The notes under the pieces: model-generated | Seen by the model: only the letters and a program-made list of their open reading frames with translations | What the model was told of the DNA's origin: nothing | The model's database searches: none | Shown: positions 60,941 to 64,000 of the stretch, piece after piece | Layout: every line of letters begins with the position of its first letter | Position numbering within the stretch: position 1 is the first letter of the stretch | Made by a program: the position numbers and the translations under genes | DNA from: Promethearchaeota archaeon | GTDB lineage: Archaea > Asgardarchaeota > Lokiarchaeia > Sigyniarchaeales > SOKP01 | NCBI GenBank assembly: GCA_016840165.1 | Contig: JAEOSU010000051.1 | Span: forward strand, 96,001 to 160,000 | Length of the DNA stretch: 64,000 bases | Reading direction: 5' to 3'

Positions 60941-61014
60941 TGGGCCCGGCGTGAGTTGAACACGCGACCTTCCGCACGTCAAGCGGACGTCATACCAGGC
61001 TAGACCACGGGCCC
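60941..61014 (-). tRNA. tRNA-Val(GAC)
   Basis: GGGCCCG/CGGGCCC+A acceptor; TCCGC-TTGACGT-GCGGA anticodon arm; GCGTG-TTCAACT-CACGC T-arm; no intron. Confidence 0.95.
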
Positions 61015-61222
61015 ATAATTTTAAATCTATCTGTTATAATAACTATCGAAATTTACGATAAGTAATTTATTTTATGAAAAAATAAATATTTTACGAGTCT
61101 TTTTATGCATCTAATCTATTTTTCCACTTTGTTATTCTATATTTGAAACTAATAAAACTTATTTGAAGATTAAGGAAAATAAGTTATGATTTTAAATCTT
61201 TTTAAAAAAAAGTAGAAAAAAA

Positions 61223-62446
61223 TTAAAGTTTTTTCTCACGTAGCGCTTTTATCATAGGCAAATCCTTTCCAGAAAGAATTTCGAGCATGGCTCCCCCCGC
61301 AGTGGATATAAACGATACTTGATCAGCTAAACCTGCCATCGAGGCAGCAGCTCCCATTTCTCCACCACCTATAATTGTAAGAGCATTCTTATCATGAGTA
61401 GCCTTTACCATGGCTTCTACCATATCATATGTGCCCTTTCTAAACACTTCCTTTTCAAAAATGCCAGGTGGACCATTTGCTATTATTGTTTTGCATTTTA
61501 ACAATACTTCTTTGAAATGCTCTATTGTTTTTGGACCAATATCTCCTGTGGTAGTATTATAGGTTCCTGCTTCATCAGTGTTTATGACTTTTCTATTCCC
61601 ATTGTCGTCAATTACCAAATCTTCTGGTAATATAATTTCCTCTTTATATTTCTGGTAGGTACTTAATATCATATCTTTGTTTTGTTCCAAATCCTCTGCA
61701 ATAATTTTATAATTTGGTTCCCCCATATTTTTTCCCATTGCTTCAAAAATCAGGATAGCAGTTAGACCAGAACAAAGAGCGTAATTTAATTTATCTTCCT
61801 CAAAGTTGTACTTCATTGCTTTGAACTTATCTATCGCTTTTGCCCCACCTATTAGCATTGCCATGGGTTTTTTGGGGTCTTCGAGCACCTTCTTTAGATT
61901 GGCTAATTCTTCATCTGTTATAGGACCGGCTAACATTTTTGGCCAACCTACAATAGAAGCGTGAGCACGATGAGCTGCTCCAAAAGCGTCTACGATAACA
62001 TAATCTACTAGTGGAAAGAGTGTTTTAACCATTTCAGTATTTTCAGCTTCAGAGAAATCTTTATAATTTTTCATTTCACCTTCAAATTTTCGTACATTAT
62101 TGAGCATCAATACTTCTCCTGGTTTAAGATCTTTAATTGCTTTTACTGCTAATTCTCCGTAAATATCTTTGACAAATTTTACAGGTCGTCCAAGATATTT
62201 CTCAAGTTCTTTTGCATGTATATCTAAATCGGTAAAATCATCACTTCCAGGCCTTGATTGATGAGCTAAAAGAATCACAGCACTTTTTTTGAAATGTTCA
62301 TTAAGTGCAGGTGCTAATGCTCGAATTCTTGGAGAGTCTCTAATTTCCATCTTCTCTGTATCGATATTAGAGTTTATATCTACACGGATTAATATTTTTT
62401 TACCTTTCAATTTAACATCCTTATAGGATGTGTAATCTATTTTCAT
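61223..62446 (-). CDS. pgk: phosphoglycerate kinase
   Basis: RVDINS, AHQSRPG, DAFGAAHRAHAS, GGAK, DIGPKT, NGPPGIFE, STAGGA. Confidence 0.93.
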   Translation of the reverse strand: MKIDYTSYKDVKLKGKKILIRVDINSNIDTEKMEIRDSPRIRALAPALNEHFKKSAVILLAHQSRPGSDDFTDLDIHAKELEKYLGRPVKFVKDIYGELAVKAIKDLKPGEVLMLNNVRKFEGEMKNYKDFSEAENTEMVKTLFPLVDYVIVDAFGAAHRAHASIVGWPKMLAGPITDEELANLKKVLEDPKKPMAMLIGGAKAIDKFKAMKYNFEEDKLNYALCSGLTAILIFEAMGKNMGEPNYKIIAEDLEQNKDMILSTYQKYKEEIILPEDLVIDDNGNRKVINTDEAGTYNTTTGDIGPKTIEHFKEVLLKCKTIIANGPPGIFEKEVFRKGTYDMVEAMVKATHDKNALTIIGGGEMGAAASMAGLADQVSFISTAGGAMLEILSGKDLPMIKALREKKL

Positions 62447-62613
62447 TTATTTTATCACTTTGGATAATAATTTAATTTTATGTATTTGTCTAATTTATTT
62501 TAGATATCGAATTAAGATCATTTAATTTAAGATTGGTTAATATTTTTTTCTTATCAAGAACATAAAAATTAATGTTATCAAATATTAATAACAACTGTAG
62601 AAGATGAGTAAAT

Positions 62614-63393
62614 ATGGAGAATATAAGAGATGTACTAAATAAATTAATAGAAAAAAAATGTTCCGTTGAAGAGGCAGAAAAGTTATTAAAAGCCAATTTA
62701 ATCGAGGAAGTGGGAGATCTAGCTAAATTGGACGTGTTTCGAAAACTTCGAACTGGAATTGTGGAAGTTATATATGCTGAAAATAAATCACCTGACGTGT
62801 TAATTGAAATAATAAAATCATTTTTGAAAAGAAATAAATTTGCGATAATTTCTCGCTATAAAGAGGATCAGTTACAATTAATCGAGAAGACTTACCTTAA
62901 CAATCAGCAATACGAGATGGATATTAATGATCAAGCTAAAACAATGATAATTAAATCAGATAAATTCCAATTTCAAAAAAAAGGAGGAATTATAGGAATT
63001 ATCACTGCTGGAAGCTCAGATATTCATGTTGCTGAAGAGGCAAAAGTTATTGCTCAAGCAATGGGCTGTCAAGTGCTAACGAGTTATGATTTAGGGATTG
63101 CGGGAGTCCATAGGATTTTTCAACCATTGAGTGACATGATAAAAAAAGGGGTTCAAGTGTTAATTGTTTGTGCGGGGATGGAAGGGACACTACCTGGGGT
63201 AGTTGCCGCTTTAATTGATATACCGGTGATTGGAGTTCCAGTATCAAGTGGCTATGGTTTAGGAGAAAAGGGAATTGGTGCTCTCACCACAATGCTTCAG
63301 TCCTGTTCTCCTGGTTTGTTAGTTGTCAATATTGATAATGGATTTGGAGCAGGCGCTTCAGCAGCATTAATAGCCAATAAAATTGCCAAGTAA
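62614..63393 (+). CDS. larB: nickel-pincer cofactor biosynthesis protein LarB (PurE-like)
   Basis: R..RTG..EVIYAENK, TAGSSD, D.GIAGVHR, AGMEGTLP, VPVSSGYG, VNIDNGFGA. Confidence 0.88.
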   Translation: MENIRDVLNKLIEKKCSVEEAEKLLKANLIEEVGDLAKLDVFRKLRTGIVEVIYAENKSPDVLIEIIKSFLKRNKFAIISRYKEDQLQLIEKTYLNNQQYEMDINDQAKTMIIKSDKFQFQKKGGIIGIITAGSSDIHVAEEAKVIAQAMGCQVLTSYDLGIAGVHRIFQPLSDMIKKGVQVLIVCAGMEGTLPGVVAALIDIPVIGVPVSSGYGLGEKGIGALTTMLQSCSPGLLVVNIDNGFGAGASAALIANKIAK

Positions 63394-63522
63394 TAAGCAT
63401 TAACTTCTTTTCGATTTTGTAATTATTGATTGGAATATAATTAATTATAAATACAAATAGAATCGAAATTTACTCATAAAAACTATATATTTAAAATTAA
63501 TTACAAATTAAGAGTTTTTAAA

Positions 63523-64000
63523 ATGACACCCACACCAGCTTCTTTAGAAGCCTTAAGTAAGCTCAGAATATTAAATGAAGATTTTGGTTGGTATATTATT
63601 CCAATATTAGCAATAGTTCTTTATATTTATGGTGTAGAAATAAAGAGAGCACGTGAAACTGGAAACTGGAGCACAATTTTTGCTGGATTAACAGTATTAG
63701 GATTAGATTTCATAAATGAAATATGGAATGCCTTAGTTTTTGCTTTTAGTGGTTATTCTGCATTTTGGACGACTCCCGGAGCTAGTGCATATATTATATT
63801 AATTGGCTGGAACATTGAGATTGTTTTTATGTTTTCTATAGCGGGAATCATCTTTGCAAAGTTTCTACCAGAAGATAGAGGCAAAAAGATTCTTGGATTA
63901 CCAAATCGATGGGCAATGGCCGCAGGATTTGCTCTATTTTGTGTAATTGTTGAAATTTTGCTAAATTGGGGTAATTATCTGATTTGGGAATATGTATGGT
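63523..64000 (+). CDS. multi-pass membrane protein, truncated by the window end
   Basis: Open frame from ATG 63523 (MTPTPASLEALSKLR...DFINEIWN...IGWNIEIVFMF...) runs off the window; absent from the track. Confidence 0.8.
   Translation, partial: MTPTPASLEALSKLRILNEDFGWYIIPILAIVLYIYGVEIKRARETGNWSTIFAGLTVLGLDFINEIWNALVFAFSGYSAFWTTPGASAYIILIGWNIEIVFMFSIAGIIFAKFLPEDRGKKILGLPNRWAMAAGFALFCVIVEILLNWGNYLIWEYVW

Noticed and set aside
54190-61014. tRNA-anchored genomic island between the two tRNAs
   Set aside because: No integrase and no duplicated tRNA 3' end (att site) found
1713-63247. Many short track ORFs overlapping long genes (e.g. 2204-2605, 21913-22320, 23458-23979, 42611-43000, 49957-50220, 55773-56162, 57807-58139)
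   Set aside because: Antisense or alternate-frame shadows of well-supported CDSs, with no motifs
1-64000. CRISPR array, rRNA, IS elements, individual TATA/BRE promoters
   Set aside because: No repeat-spacer periodicity, rRNA-like tract or transposase ORF seen; TATA-like words are too common in this AT-rich DNA to call by eye

Overview
AT-rich archaeal chromosomal DNA that reads as an Asgard archaeon, most likely Lokiarchaeia. The evidence is an ESCRT-II/Vps4/ESCRT-III cluster (48.6-52.3 kb), a NIP7 homolog, a longin-like domain, an IPGY-type C-terminal sorting signal and a bulge-helix-bulge (BHB) tRNA intron. About 50 genes are present, mostly metabolic or housekeeping, plus two tRNAs (Gly-GCC with a 30-nt T-loop intron, and Val-GAC). 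No transposase, integrase, CRISPR array or rRNA was seen. Best candidate for an undescribed system (7.2-18.9 kb): a glycyl-radical enzyme fused to an SCP2-like lipid-binding domain, with its activase and an aldehyde:ferredoxin oxidoreductase. Two copies of a coupled CrtI/RetSat-like flavoprotein + FAD/NAD/2Fe-2S reductase cassette bracket these genes, suggesting an anaerobic lipid/isoprenoid-processing module. Other highlights: (1) a peroxiredoxin-like gene missed by the ORF track, with an in-frame UGA in a UxxC motif (probable selenoprotein) and a strand-specific 3' hairpin; (2) an orphan fused DppB-DppC permease lacking both EAA coupling loops; (3) a wHTH / multi-TM-longin / large surface protein triad between nop2 and nip7; (4) a diverged duplicate of an ldh2-family 3' end bracketing a surface beta-propeller gene. 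All family calls come from motif recognition by eye; no database searches were run.
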